From NCBI GenBank assembly GCA_030704615.1, contig CM060732.1, forward strand, positions 8,556,001 to 8,620,000: a stretch of 64,000 bases of DNA, given 5' to 3'. This stretch comes from Takakia lepidozioides (Eukaryota; Plantae; Bryophyta). A program made the translations under genes and the position numbers. Within the stretch, counting starts at the first letter, position 1. The number at the start of each line of letters is the position of its first letter. Shown one piece after another: positions 25,154 through 38,099 of this stretch. The notes under the pieces were generated by a model that worked only from the letters and a program-made list of their open reading frames with translations, was not told where the DNA came from and did no database searches.

Positions 25154-25330
25154 GGTCTTGAAAATAGATATTACCTCAACAATTGTTTTTGACCTCTCTC
25201 AAAAACTATTGTTGAGGTAATTATCTTTTTTTAAAAACATAATGGTCATGAAAATAGATATTACCGCAATAATCATTTTTTACCTCCCTCAAAAACTATT
25301 GTTGAGGTTATTTTCTTTTTAAAAAACATA
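24720..25330. repeat. Tandem repeat, ~7 copies of an ~88-bp AT-rich unit with internal inverted repeat; (TA)n inserted in one unit
   Basis: Unit ~ tttttgacctccctcaaaaactattgttgaggtaattt..aaaacataatggtcttgaaaatagatattacctcaacaatag. The segments attacctcaacaatagttttt and aaaaactattgttgaggtaat are reverse complements. Confidence 0.9.
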
Positions 25331-28300
25331 ATGTTTGATATGTGAATTATTTGAATTAATTATGCCTCTCATTTTACAATAATTGGGACGTTATGGCTCA
25401 CGCACGAGCTGACCGGTGGGCCCCGCGCACGGTCGCCCGGCTCCCCCCACCCGGACCCCCTTGCCCGCCGCTGCGCGCGGTCGCCCACCTGCTGCCGCGC
25501 TCGCGCTCCGCCAAACCCAGTCCGCTGCCCGTGAGTCCAGTTCCCCTCAGTCCGCCAAACCGCCAATCTGCCGGCCAGTCTGCTATGCACGCCAGTCTGC
25601 TGTGCCAGTCCCCGCAAGTCCACCCAACAGTCCGCTGTGCCCGTCTGCTGCCCCCTAGTCTGCCAATCTGCAAGTCCGCGCCGGCCGAAGGATCTGGATC
25701 GTCCATTTTGAGAAACCCATCCGCGCCATCCATGTTTAGGGCATGGAAGATCGTAACACCCTGCCACGAACTCGCCCACTCGTTCTTATTGTCTCGTTCT
25801 TGCGGCTCTTTGTTGTCCAATGTTGCGGAGGTGACTTTGCACGCATGCGGCTGTTGTTCTTGTTTATGGCGATTTTAATGACGATGAAGGGTGTGCCTGA
25901 ACATGAGAGGGCTGGCGGGGCTCTACAGCCACCATCGTGCATATGCTTCCACTATTTTCGTCCTCGTTTTGTGCTGACGTGCTTATTTTTTAGGACGATA
26001 TGTGGAAAAATTGCATGCGTTTACGGTTTGTGGTGTGTCTCCGAGTCCGAGCTCCTTCGTATGGAGCAGGAAACCATTGGTAACACGATAGCGGAAATCG
26101 CGGAAGCATATGCACGTGGGGGCGTGTATACATTGCAGAATTTATGTCCACCGATGAGACTGTTCATGGGAGGACGTCTCTGCCACCACATGTCTAGGAA
26201 CTGCGGAGAGTGTGAACGGAACAGGATCTAGTCCGAAGGTCCTCAAATATCCAGATGCACCTCCTGAAACTCATATCTCAACCACTACTGTCTCCTTGAA
26301 AACTGGACAATGGGAAATGAGACGTAGCCTGAGAGATGTGGATTCACGTTGCTTGTGGATGTTCGAGGTCCTTACGACTGCAAATGCGCGTGGATCAACA
26401 GGCTCTTCGACTGCGTCTTTGTCAGTATTTTCTCTAAGCAGTGTGTTGTGCCATGAGTATGGGCATATGCAAGTCTGCTGGACGGATGAAATGCAACCAC
26501 GGCATGACGGCGACGCCAAGCGTGGTTCTGATGGGATATCGTCTGGTCTGCTGGACTGTTGGTCTGTAAGGATACAAGTCTGGTATGGCGTGAGTCTGTT
26601 CTTCACTGGACTATTGGGCCGTCACTGGCTGCCGAATTCCGAAGTGTCTTCTCTCGTCTTATCCCCGAAGTCTCTTCTCTCGTCAGTCTGTTGAACCGTT
26701 GGTCAGCTGGAAGTCCGTCTCTTCGGATATGAGTCCGTTTAACAACTACCTTTTAATTATCCGCATTGTCGTGAGTCTGCTGAGTCGTCGGACTGCTAGT
26801 CTGTCCGTCTCTTCTGATATCAGTCAGCTGGACTGTCACAAAGTCAGTCTACTGTGGCGCAAGTCTGTTTGCGCTGGGTCTGTTGAGCCGTGATTATTAT
26901 CACGTGTAAGTCTACTGGACGCGGTTTACGGTTTACTCCCGTATCACCCGGCCGCCTAGGGAATACTTTGTCTTTTGGGATATTAGTCTGTTAGAAATCA
27001 GTCTATTGTCACGCAAATTACTCTGCGCCAGTCTCTTCGTCAGTCTGTTGAACCTTCCGTCTGCTGGACTGTCCGTTCAGTGGCATACGAGTCTGTTGTT
27101 GCGCAAGTTTGTTTGCAGTGGGTCTGCTCGGCCGTTATGTCATTAGGTTTAAGTCTGTTGGACGCAATAAATGCAGCGACAGCGGTAAGGAGGCCCAGTC
27201 ACGTCGCGGCACGTCATCAGACTCCGCACTCGCCTTAGTCTCTTCGTCAGTCCGCTTAATCTCAGTCGCCAGTCTGTCCTTGCGGTGGTATATGAGTCTG
27301 TTGTGGAGGGTACTGGGTCTGCTTGGCCGTCTTTGTCATCAGGAGTAAGTCTGCTGGACTTGATGAATGCGACGACGGCAGACTGACAATAGTCCCACTC
27401 ATCCCGTCTGCTGGACTGTCCGTGCAGTGGCATACCGCCAGCACGTGTGAGGGGTCTGCAACTATTTAATGCGATGGCGGCCAAAAAAGGGCGGCAGTGA
27501 AATCTCGCCACGTCACCCCGCACATACAGGGTCCACTTCCCGCTGGACTTCTTTCGCATTGTTTTGTTTAGGGCCCGTCCACCTCCCATTGGTGCGAGCC
27601 CGCTTTCCTTTGTGCGTGTTAGGTTTTCGAGGCGTGGACAGTCGCGTGAGCACCGAATCGTCGCAACAACCGTCGCCTGTTGCCCAGTGAGCTTTCCTCT
27701 TTGTGCTTTGTGCTTTGGTTTCTTTCCATTCTCTTTTCCACTCTTCTCTGCTTTCTTATTCTTAGTCTGTCTGTTGCTCATTGCCGCTGCATCTCTTGTC
27801 TGATTCTGCAGCCATGGAGGATGCTTGTGTAAAGGGTGGAGCAGACTGGTTGCATTTCATGCACAAGTCCAGGCTAAAGGAGCGAAGGTACTGGTACTCA
27901 CCTGAGGAGTATGATGCAAAAATAGTCGAAGCATTCTTAGACCTCCGTGCAATCAAGCCTGCAGCAACTGGCAGAAGGATAAGCTCCACTGTCCCTTCTG
28001 TAGTGAAATTATCAAGGACAAAGTGCAGCTAAACCGCCATTGTGTTGACACGGGTTGCAAAAACAAGCGCTATATCCCACTTGGCTTCAAGCCGTGGCCA
28101 GTTCAAAGTTCAATGAGGGTGGTGAATGCGGCCACCGCCAGACTCCGTGGCGCAAACCCAAAGGCCTGCACTTTGGCGGAGGTGCACGCACGGTATGGGG
28201 TGCAAGATGTGCATGACCTGACATCGCCATTGCCTGTGGCTCCCAGAAAAAGAAAACTTAGTGATGGGGCCCAGAAGAAGGAAAGAGAAAAGGCTGCAAG

Positions 28301-29524
28301 GTGGGAGGCTAGGGCGAAATCTCAACAGCAGACTCGTCCCCAAGGCAGTCGGAAAGTGTCACGGGCTGTGCCAGGGAGACGGTCTACACAGCAGACGCAG
28401 ATCATCAGTACTTTGAGTGAGAGCCATTCTGCTGAGCCGTCTGCAGACATCATTCGGAATGATGAATTCGTAGGTCTGGGAGGTGTCTCATCTCCCGTCG
28501 ACATTGTCTTACCTGACCAGTCAAGGGTTCACGTGGACGAAGTCTAGTCGAAAGAGACTACCAGTGGAGTCTGTCCTGGCACATTGCGCCTCATACCATT
28601 TGGGCTTCTCCCATCGGTGTGCCCACCAGTGGACGATCCAGACTTCTTCCGTTTTTTTCTACAGTTTCGCCCAATCCGGACAGCTCAGCAGAACCATCTA
28701 AGCAGCGGAGGAAAATTGGTTGAGCTCCCTTAAAGATGAGGAGGATGTCTGTGTCGACGACGACGACGAGGTAATGCCCAGTCTGTCCCCATAGTTGGTG
28801 TCTGTTGTCATAGAGTCTGTTGGTTCAGTCTACATGCTCGGTCTGCTGCGTCAGTCTGCTTGTGGACTTGCTGGTCAGTCCCCTGTTTGTGGACTTGCTC
28901 GTCAGTCCCTGGAGTTTGCTGGTTCCTTTGTTCTGTGCCACGATGCTGGTGAGTCTGCTCGTGAGTCTGCTGCTAGTGTGTCCGATGCTGAGTTTTTGGG
29001 TTTTCTGTCATATACCAGGATGAACGAGCCAGTATTCGGGAGGCCTTGTGTGCTTGGCGGACGGTGAGCTCGGACCCTCCTTTAGCAGTGAATGTGGTGC
29101 GCCGGGAAGTGGAGCGGGTGCGGGAGTACATCTTGTTTAAGTACCCTGGCTCAGCAGACGCCATAGCAGCACTGGACTCTGCAGACAAAGCACGTGCCAA
29201 CTCCCCGATCAACACCATATTCACTGCAGACTCGGTGGACACAGACCTCACCCAATCTGGCATCCAGCAGACTCTTGCCCAGCAAACTCTTTCCCACCAG
29301 ACTCACAGTCAGCGCAGTCTTGTCCAGCACACTCCCATGTACCAGACTCTCGTCCAACATACTCCCATCCAGCAGGCTGCTTTGCAGATTCCCAGCCCGC
29401 AGACTGCTATTTATGAGACTCCCAACCGGCAGACTGCCACCCAGAAGACGCCCATCCACCACACTGTTGTCCAGCGGACTCCCAGCCAGCAGACTCTCAT
29501 TGTCACGACCACCACGGGACTTTT

Positions 29525-31025
29525 TTGGTGAACAAACCTTTGATAAGTGGAAGGATAGCAAGGTGGTTAATAATCTTGCACGAGTTTGAGTTCGAGGTTG
29601 TTTACAAGCCTGGTTGTTTGCATCTTGTGGCAGATCACTTGTCACGCCTATCAACAGGAGAGCCAGCCACAGGAGTAGACGACCAATTACCTGATGCGAG
29701 TTTATTTGCAGTGGAGGTGCAGGGAAATGCAGATGACTGGTTAGATTGGCAGTGGCCAATCAGATACTACCTTACTCATGGTCAGTGCCCACCTAGTTAT
29801 GGAAAGGAGCAGAGGAAGAGAATCGCTATCAAGGCTTTACCTTATACTATGGTAGGGGGCAGAATGTATAAGCTAGGACCTGATGGAGTACTTAAACGAT
29901 GCTTGTATCACCATGAAGTAAATAAAGTTTTGGAGGAAGTTCATAAAGGAGTGGCTGGAGGTCATTTTGGAGAAGAGACTACCAGTAGAAAGAACTACTT
30001 GAAAATTACTGGTGGCCTACTTTGTTCAAAGATGTACACAAGTATTGTAAGAATTGTGATGAGTGTCAGAGGCTAGGACCATTGCAGAGATCTGGGAAGA
30101 TGGCTTTGCATCCTACGATGCCTACTGAACAATTTCAGAAATAGGGACTAGACTTTGTTGGACCAATTAACCCACCAGCCAAGAATACACAGAACAAGTA
30201 TATAATCACAGCCACTGATTATACTACAAAGTGGGTGGAAGCTAAAGCTCTGAGGGACAACACAACTAAGTCCACAACAAGGTTCCTGTATGAGAACATA
30301 CTTACACGATTTGGCTGTCCCATAGAATTTATCAGTGACCAAGGAAGTCACTTCATTAATGAGACCATAGAACTATTGACTAAAGAGTTCATGATTGTGC
30401 ATAGAAAGAGTACAACTCACAGGGTAATGGGCAGGCAGAGGCTACCAACAAAATACTATGTACTATCTTGGCTAGGATAGTCTATGCAAACAGAACAGAT
30501 TGGGATACAAAGCTGCTGACAGCTTTGTGGTCATACAGGACTTCATATAAAGTCACCACTAAGTATACACCATTCCAATTAGTTTATGGTATGGAAGCTT
30601 TACTTCCAGTGGAATTCTTGTTACCTACCATGAGATTTGAATGGGGAAGGAGAATGGAATTGGAAGATTCAATTAAGGTCAGGAAACATGAATTATACCA
30701 TGTGGAAGAAGTACGTGCTGATGCAGCTGATAACATGACCAGAATTCAGATGAAGAGGAAGGATCAGTTTGATGAAGGTAAATTAAAGACTTTTAAGATG
30801 GGAGATTTGGTTATGTGGTTGCAAAAGAAGGGGAAGATTAAGGCTTCTAAGCTTAAATCACCATGGAAAGGACCTTATGTCATACAGAAGATGTATGATA
30901 ACAACACCGCCATGTTACAAACCATTAACAAAGAGATATTGGGAAGAGTCAATGCCAATAAGTTGAAGGGATACAGTGGTATCCATGACAAACCATTGCA
31001 GCACGATTTGCATATTGAAACATAG
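29525..31025 (+). pseudogene. Gypsy RNase H C-terminus and integrase (frameshifted)
   Basis: ORFs 29525-30076, 30235-30480 and 30468-31025 carry consecutive integrase motifs, including the GPY/F motif (SPWKGPY). Confidence 0.92.
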
Positions 31026-31124
31026 AAACAGTCACGGGCTGCACCGGTAATACCAACGGAGCATGAAGCACTTGTCGTAAAGCTGAATGTGTATGGCCTG
31101 AGCAGAGAACACGGGTGTTCGCAT

Positions 31125-31330
31125 AGTTATCACAGCCCACCACAGCATCACACAGCTTATCACAGCCCATCACAACATCACACAGCCTATCACAACCCAC
31201 CACAGTGCCACACAGTTTATCACAGCCCATCACAGCATCACACAGCCTATCACAGCCCACCACAGTGCCACACAGTTTATCACAGCCCACCACAGTTTGA
31301 CACAGCCTGCAACAGCCCAACACAGCCCAC
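31125..31330 (+). repeat. 10/30-bp tandem repeat (CACAGnnnnn)n; related array at 36638-36765
   Basis: cacagcccac cacagcatca cacagcttat ... repeated about 20 times in a 10-bp register. Confidence 0.9.
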
Positions 31331-32119
31331 GCGGGTTACACAGTCCATAGGGTCAGTGACAGGTGGACGTGGGTTAACGTTCGAAAAGTGGCCGGCCGGC
31401 AGAAGAAAAGACAGCTTGGAAGTCAAACTCGGAGAATGTGTCACGCGGACAGGGAAAGACGAAGGCAGGTCTAGAAACGAACACGTGGTCGCCAAGGCGA
31501 AGCACACCGCAGTGCATATATTGCAAAAGCGAATGTCATCATGCAAGAAGACAAATTGGGCTATCAAAGTACCTACCCGGTACATCAAACCCAACTATTT
31601 GTGGGCCCATTAATGCATTCAGGGCAAGGGTAACGGAACCCTTTACGAGTACAGAAAAAAAGGATCTTTGCCGCATGTGCTATCCTAGTGGACATTCCAG
31701 GGGGGGAAGTCCACTGAGGGGAGTTAAATTAAGAAGTTACCCAAGGAGGCAACAGCCAATCACGAGCGAGAATTACATGCAGGTGGTTTCCTCCAAAAAA
31801 CAAGAGCAAGAAATTAGCAGGGTTATGAGCGCGAGAGTCGTGGTGGCTCCGAATAACCAGTGTCTCGGCAGGAGAGGCAATCAAAGCTATAGCTTTGTAG
31901 CTATGGCGGATATTACAGATTACACGCTCGTTTTACTTCTCACGCAGTGGCACAAGGACGGACAGGTTGAGAGTACATTCTCTCTCACTCGATACTTGCA
32001 AGCCCCAGAGGCTTACACGCACTTATCCGTTCCATTCTGTGCCAACCATACCTTTATGCTCTATGCCCTGCAAGCTTTTCTTTCAGCTGTTTCAAACAAG
32101 GCCTTTTTGTTTGTGTAGA

Positions 32120-33903
32120 ATGAAGAGAGTGAGGGGAATGGAGGATATCAGGGTGAAGAGCACCACGATACTGCAGAAGCAAACAATTGCTACACCGCAG
32201 GCAGTGCAGCTGCTGAGGGAGTTGCGATTGGAGGGGCTGCTACGCAAGGACTGGTCCTTGCATCATCGGTAGTATATGCTTCAATTTCTTCAGAACTTTG
32301 AGCCTAGGACGGGAGTAACCCAGGTGAGGGGAGTAGATATAGAAATTACTCCCCAGTACCTACAGCAATTGTTCGAATTGCCATCGGGTCATGTGGATGT
32401 GGATGAGCACAGGGCAAGATTGCAGATAGGGAATCCAAGAAGGAAGTTTCTTTAAGACTCAAGGTTACGCTTGCACCAAAGCCGAGTACCCAGGGCTCAG
32501 AGACGTTGGCCAAATACTGAACGTTCTGTTTGCCATGAAACAGAACCAACAGTATTTGAGCAGGTCATTCACAGAGGAGATACTAAAAGCCTTGCGAGGA
32601 GAGGATGTAGCTTGGGCAGAGTTAATGTACAATGGTCTGGTGGAAGAGATGAAGAGGTTACAGGGCACTGCTGCTAAGTCTCCGATCATCGTGTCTGGCC
32701 CAGTCATTGCTCAGATCATTCTTGACTCTTGCATACTTGATGCGCGAGAACGTAATGAGATGGGAGTGTTTGAGGCAGCAACCATTGCAATGGAGGAGCA
32801 GGGTTCTTCACATAGTGAGGGTGGACTGGCAGAGCAACACCAATCTAAGAGACAGAAGAGGGGTATGACTGTAGTGGCGGATCCATTGGCTTCAAGAAAG
32901 CCGCAAGATGATGTTTCCCAAGCTCTTGTGCAGGATGGGGCACAACAACACAGAGGGCTGTTATTACTAAAAGCACGACCTTTGGAGAGGGAAGAAGAAG
33001 TCACTTCGGTACCATAGCCATCACAGCCAGTTGAATCGGTTGTCTCTGAGGTACCTCAGTTAGTACATGCTGTTCCACCAGAGCCTATTGCTCTGGAAAG
33101 AGAAGGGTTGGACATTCCCACTACAGAGCAGGTCGTGGCAGAAATTGAGAAGGGTGACCTTCTCTATGAAAACTCTGGCTTGGTCAGGGAATCAGTGGTA
33201 CCAGAGGTGCAGAGTCTGTCCAGGGAAATCCCTACTGTGCATGTAATACCCACACCTGTGACGGAGGTACCAGGGGCAGAATATAAGGACACTGCAGCAC
33301 CTGTGGAAGATGAGGTGGTTCAGGAAGAGGATCTGGTGGGGCAATGGCCTGAATGGTTGGTGAAACATCACACCGTGGAAGATCAGGGAGAACAGCAGCA
33401 AGTTCACCATGATGACCCCCAGCAGGCCATGCTTATGAGTTCCATAAGGCAGGACACTCAATTTGTTGGGCACTTATATGAAATCAAATGTTCCATCTAC
33501 CCAATTGGCAGCTTTGAGGGAGGAACTCAGGAAAGAGTTTGAGACTCAAATTGTCATTGAGTGTGCTAACAAGGTAGATGAGGAGATCAATCTCAAGTTA
33601 CAGCAAGAGTTGGAGGACACAAAGGCTGCCTTGCAGTTGGTTAAGGGACATTTGATTGAATCACTACAACAGATCGTGGTATTTATGACTGTATATATGA
33701 CTATTCTGCAGTCATAAACGGTACATATGACTTCTATGACTGTAAGTCGTGCAAACCAAGTCAATACAATGAGTACAGGATGGTACGGTCCGTATGACTA
33801 CAATCATATGAACCAAGTGATATCTCTCACTGCAGTCATATATACCATATTGTAGCCGCCGCTGCCGCGCCACGTGGCGAGGCGCATTTGATTTTAAATA
33901 TTT

Positions 33904-33937
<34 letters not shown>

Positions 33938-36526
33938 ATATGTCAAACGCCGCGTCGCACCGCATTGTGCCAGATGGCATAATGCATTTTATAATGATGA
34001 AAAAATCACGTGGCAGTCCATCTAGGGTACCACGTGCTATCCCTAGCTCGCCTACTAACCCTAGGGCTATCTTATCCATTTGATTGTACTTAGAGGAGTT
34101 TGAACCTGCAACCTCTTTACTATAAGAGTTATAGTTCACTACCTGTTAACCAATACACCCATTAGTCATTCATATGATCATATGGTGTTTTAATTGTATT
34201 ATACACACCAAATTATAAAATCCCCATTAATCATCATGACTATATAACCTCATCCATGTACACTGTAGTCATGAAAATGACTATAAATGGTGAGCTAAAT
34301 TTGGTCAATTGTCGTTGACCAGCCTTCCGCCCATTCCGGAGCCATGTAGTCATACAGACGACTATTTAGATAGTCGTTCATATGACTACAGTCATATGAA
34401 CGACTACGGGAGGTCAATTTCATATAAAAACATGGTGCAGTCATGGTCAAAGTCATGAAAACCATGACTACCACGGTTTGGCAGTCATAACTACCGCGAT
34501 CTGTTGTAGTGGAAGTAGGTCTCGAGCAGGACCAGTTGCATGAAGCACATAAGCAACAGTTATAACCATTGCAGGTGAAGCATGAGGGCAAGTTGCAAGA
34601 AGTGAACATACTACATACAGAGTTGGAGGCAGTACATCAAATGATGACCATACAATGTGCTACACTCACAACTGCTCTAGAGCAAACTGCATTAGAAGTT
34701 AACAGACAAGGGGAGAGATGTATGATGGCAGAAGCTGAGATAATAGAGCAAGAGAAACTCATTGTTGATTTGCAGGCTACAATCTGTCGCAATGATAATA
34801 CTTTCCAACAGTACAGACACGTTGAAACTGACCAGGAGAGGTACATCCTGGAGTTGCAACAAACAATCATGGTCAATAGAAATGAACTTTCTAACAAGGC
34901 TTGGAAGGAAGCCAATAATCTGGCTGTTGCCTATGCGAGCATGGTTGAACCTCATGCAAAGCGCATGGAGGCTTTACAGCAGCAGTTAGATGTGTACAGA
35001 CTCACAGAGGAGCAGACTCTCAGGGTGCCACACATGACTTGGTGGATAACCACCTTATGCAGATATGGTTAGCACAAGGGCCGGTAGAAGGCAAAGCACC
35101 AAGGAAGCTTACCTAGGGCGAGATGAATGAGCTCAGATTGCAGGTGCAGAACATTGCCACAATTACTATAGACAATGTCTATAGTAGGATAGCAGAGCTA
35201 CAGGAGGATGTGGAAGGCCTGCAGACTCAAGTGAATGACCTGAGTTCAAATATTGACAAGAGAGTCTTTGTTCCTGAAGAGCAGCTGATGGCTACTTATT
35301 TACATGCCAGAACTCTAATTTTTCAGTCTTCTTCGCAGGGGGTGCAAAAGATGCCAGTGGTAGAAGGGCCAGTGGTACTAATACCACAGCAGGTGCCTGT
35401 GCAGGTAGCTGACCCTGTTGCTACTACAGCCAAACCACAGCCTGAGGTATGGGGGGATGCTGCTTTTAACCCACCTAGGACTCATGTTGCACGGGAGTAC
35501 AGTCGGGCTATGATTATGCCCTTCAACCAAATTCCCATTGTGCTGGATTTGGCTTAGAATGAATTTAGTCCTCCGCAATCGTTGGTACATTACTACCAGA
35601 TCATACGCATTTGGTTGCCAGTGGCAACTCGGATTAAGGTTCTTCCGAACAATCGACCCATTGAGGATCATCACTTTGCAAGGTACTGGTCTGAGGCAGG
35701 TACCATGCTGAAGGAATTAATTGCTTTCCAGGTTGTACATGGGTACATCTATACCAAGACCAAGGAGGTATCTAGTATTGTCATGGGCTGTGGATTATAC
35801 TATGCTGTTTGTTTTATGGCACATTATCACATTGAGCAGCAGAAGATGCAATCACGATTTCTGAGTTATTCCAGTGGGGATCATTGGGTCTTACCTTCAG
35901 TGCCACCTCATATGTACCTATATGATGCAAAAGTTATGATGCAGAAGGATTCCCAACTTCGTTCATGGTTTAATTCGGCTTGGAATAATTTGGCAACAGA
36001 GAAATTCGTCCCTGCGGATATTTTCTTTAAGGGACATGAAGCCTGGAAATATTTACACTGTTCCAAATTCATTGGCACGCCTCTCACCTATACGGCTAAG
36101 GAGTTCAGGGCGTTCACTAATTTTGCTTGCAAACGCTTACAGCAAGTCGTACAGTTTAAACTTCCAGACATGGTGGGCCCACATTGTATGCCACGCAGGA
36201 TTCCCGAGAAGCCACTTAAAGTTCGGCCATTAAAACACCTAAGGGGGGACGAGGATTATGATACTACTGTTTCTTCAGAGGACTCTTTTGACTTGGCAGA
36301 GGACTATGCACTTCAGATGGCAGAGAAGAAACGACGGGGATCTCCTATGCCTGAGGGTTACCTTGTTATCAGCCAAAGGAGGGTCAGACATTTCCAGGTA
36401 GTGCTCAATCGTCTCCATCAGCCAGTGACAGGACTCGGGCTCGCACACGGAGTCCTTCACGAGACTCTCACCGACAGAAGGGTGCTCGCTCACAAAGGTT
36501 TGCTGATCCCAAATAGTAAACCGTGA
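32120..36526 (+). pseudogene. Extra 3' ORF of the Gypsy element (env-like/accessory, with coiled-coil stretch), broken by stops and a CACTA insertion
   Basis: Same-strand chain of ORFs at 31967, 32535, 33108, 33463, 34569, 35123 and 35582. The reading frame resumes across the CACTA MITE (KGHLIE | EVGLEQDQLHE). A heptad-rich segment lies at 33.5-35.3 kb. Confidence 0.6.
33662..34511. mobile_element. Non-autonomous CACTA element (~850 bp)
   Basis: TIRs CACTACAACAGATCGTGGTATTTATGACTG / CAGTCATAACTACCGCGATCTGTTGTAGTG. The flanks gaa(t)| and |gaa fit a 3-bp TSD. It has ATGACT/AGTCAT subterminal repeats and an internal A-run. Confidence 0.9.
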
Positions 36527-37409
36527 GGACACGGCTTTTTGAGAGGGAGAGGGGGTACCCTTAATTTTTGCGCAGACTGAGACCAACAGGAGCCTTAGGG
36601 GTGGCAGGCGCAGGCTTTAGGGGGGGTAGACAGCTCGTCACAGTCTATCACAGCCAGACACAGCTTTACACAGCCCGACACAGCTTCGCACAGCCAGTCA
36701 CAGCCCGACACAGCTTTACACAGCCAGTCACAGCTCGGCACAGCTTGACACATCCTGTCACAGTACATGGGGAACAGTTATCATTGACAGGTAACGACTG
36801 TGTGGGAACGACATCTGCAGAGGGAACGTGTTACTTCAGGGGTGACGGTTAGTTAGTTAGGTGGTTAGAACAGCTTGCGGGTAGATTAGGCAAGGCGGCA
36901 ACAGGAAAGGGATCACTTCTTGAGGAGGCGACTTGTTCAGGGGAGGAGGAGACGTAACGGAGAGCGGAAACAATAAAGAGGAGATGATGACTTGATTGAG
37001 GCTTAATTCATGCAAGCTGTAAAATTATACAATAGGATAGATTAGGGACACCATGGCATAAGCATGATACATGATTAATCTTAATCCAATACTGAATCGA
37101 TACAAACATACTGTGTAGAGAGACACAAGAGAAGCTGTGGAATGAATGCATGATTAATTGGAACTTAGTAGATACTGAAGCAATCTGATGCTTCAGTATA
37201 CACGGTAAGGTAAATTGATAACATGAAGACAAGAAGGAATACAAATAGGAAGCACAACCATGATTCACTAGCTGTAGGTCATGACTGATTGTTCTGAGTG
37301 GGCTGAGTGCTTAGAGATATCCAACTATTCTATCTTGGAGTTTCCACCTCGGATAGCAAAGGGATGGGTGAGTTAAAGCCGATCGACAATCCCGACCGGA
37401 TTGGGTGCC

Positions 37410-37835
37410 AGCAGACTTCCGAACAGTCCCCTCGGCGGACTCGCCTGCCAGCGGACCAGAGTGCGGTCGCAGCAGACTGGCGCACGTGAGTCTTGTAGTG
37501 GACTGCTTGCAAACAGTCCCCTCCGGCGGACCTGCTGCAAACGGACTTGCTGGACCAGACTAAGGTCGCAGTAGACTGACGCACGTGAGTCTTGCAGTGG
37601 ACTGCTTGCGAACAGTCCCATCGGCGGACTCGCCTGCGAGCGGACTTGCTCGACCAGACTGAGTCGCAGCACACTGGCGCACGTGAGTCTTGCAGCGGAC
37701 TGCTTGCGAATAGTCCCCTCCGGCGGACCTGCCTGCCAGTGGACTTGCTGGACCAGACTGATATCGCAGCAGACTGGCGCACGTGAGTCTTGCAAAAAGT
37801 CCCCTCCGGCGGACTGGCCTGCCAGCGGACTTGCC
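37410..37835. repeat. GC-rich ~99-bp tandem repeat, ~4.5 copies
   Basis: Units start agcagactggcgcacgtgagtcttgcagtggactgcttgc at about 37471, 37570, 37668 and 37768. Confidence 0.9.
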
Positions 37836-38099
37836 CTTAAGAGACCGGCAGCAGACTTACCCAGACGTTGCTGGCAGCACACCCGAGCAGACTGACCTTG
37901 CAGCATACTTGCGCAAGTGAGTCTTCCAGCGGACTTCGCTAGAGGACATTACCAGTGGACTGGTTTGCAAGCAGACTTGCAGAAATGAATGGGCCAGACT
38001 TGCAGCCAGGACTGCATTGTATGGCAAGGGACTTGCCGAAGAGACAGACAATGGACGCAGACGACGGACTTGCACGCGAGTGTACAGGAGGGTACGTGA

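Larger units (their letters stand above)
29522..37300 (+). mobile_element. 5'-truncated Ty3/Gypsy LTR retrotransposon with a long extra 3' ORF region
   Basis: RNase H end (LVNKPLISGRIARWL..EFEFEVVYKPG..H.VADHLSR), integrase zinc finger (EVH.G..GGHF; C..C..CQ), core ([39 protein letters not shown]) and WKGPY. The right boundary is approximate. Confidence 0.85.

Noticed and set aside
30949-31613. Cys-rich and His-rich repeat proteins
   Set aside because: They are translations of the CACAG tandem repeat on both strands, with no independent coding evidence.
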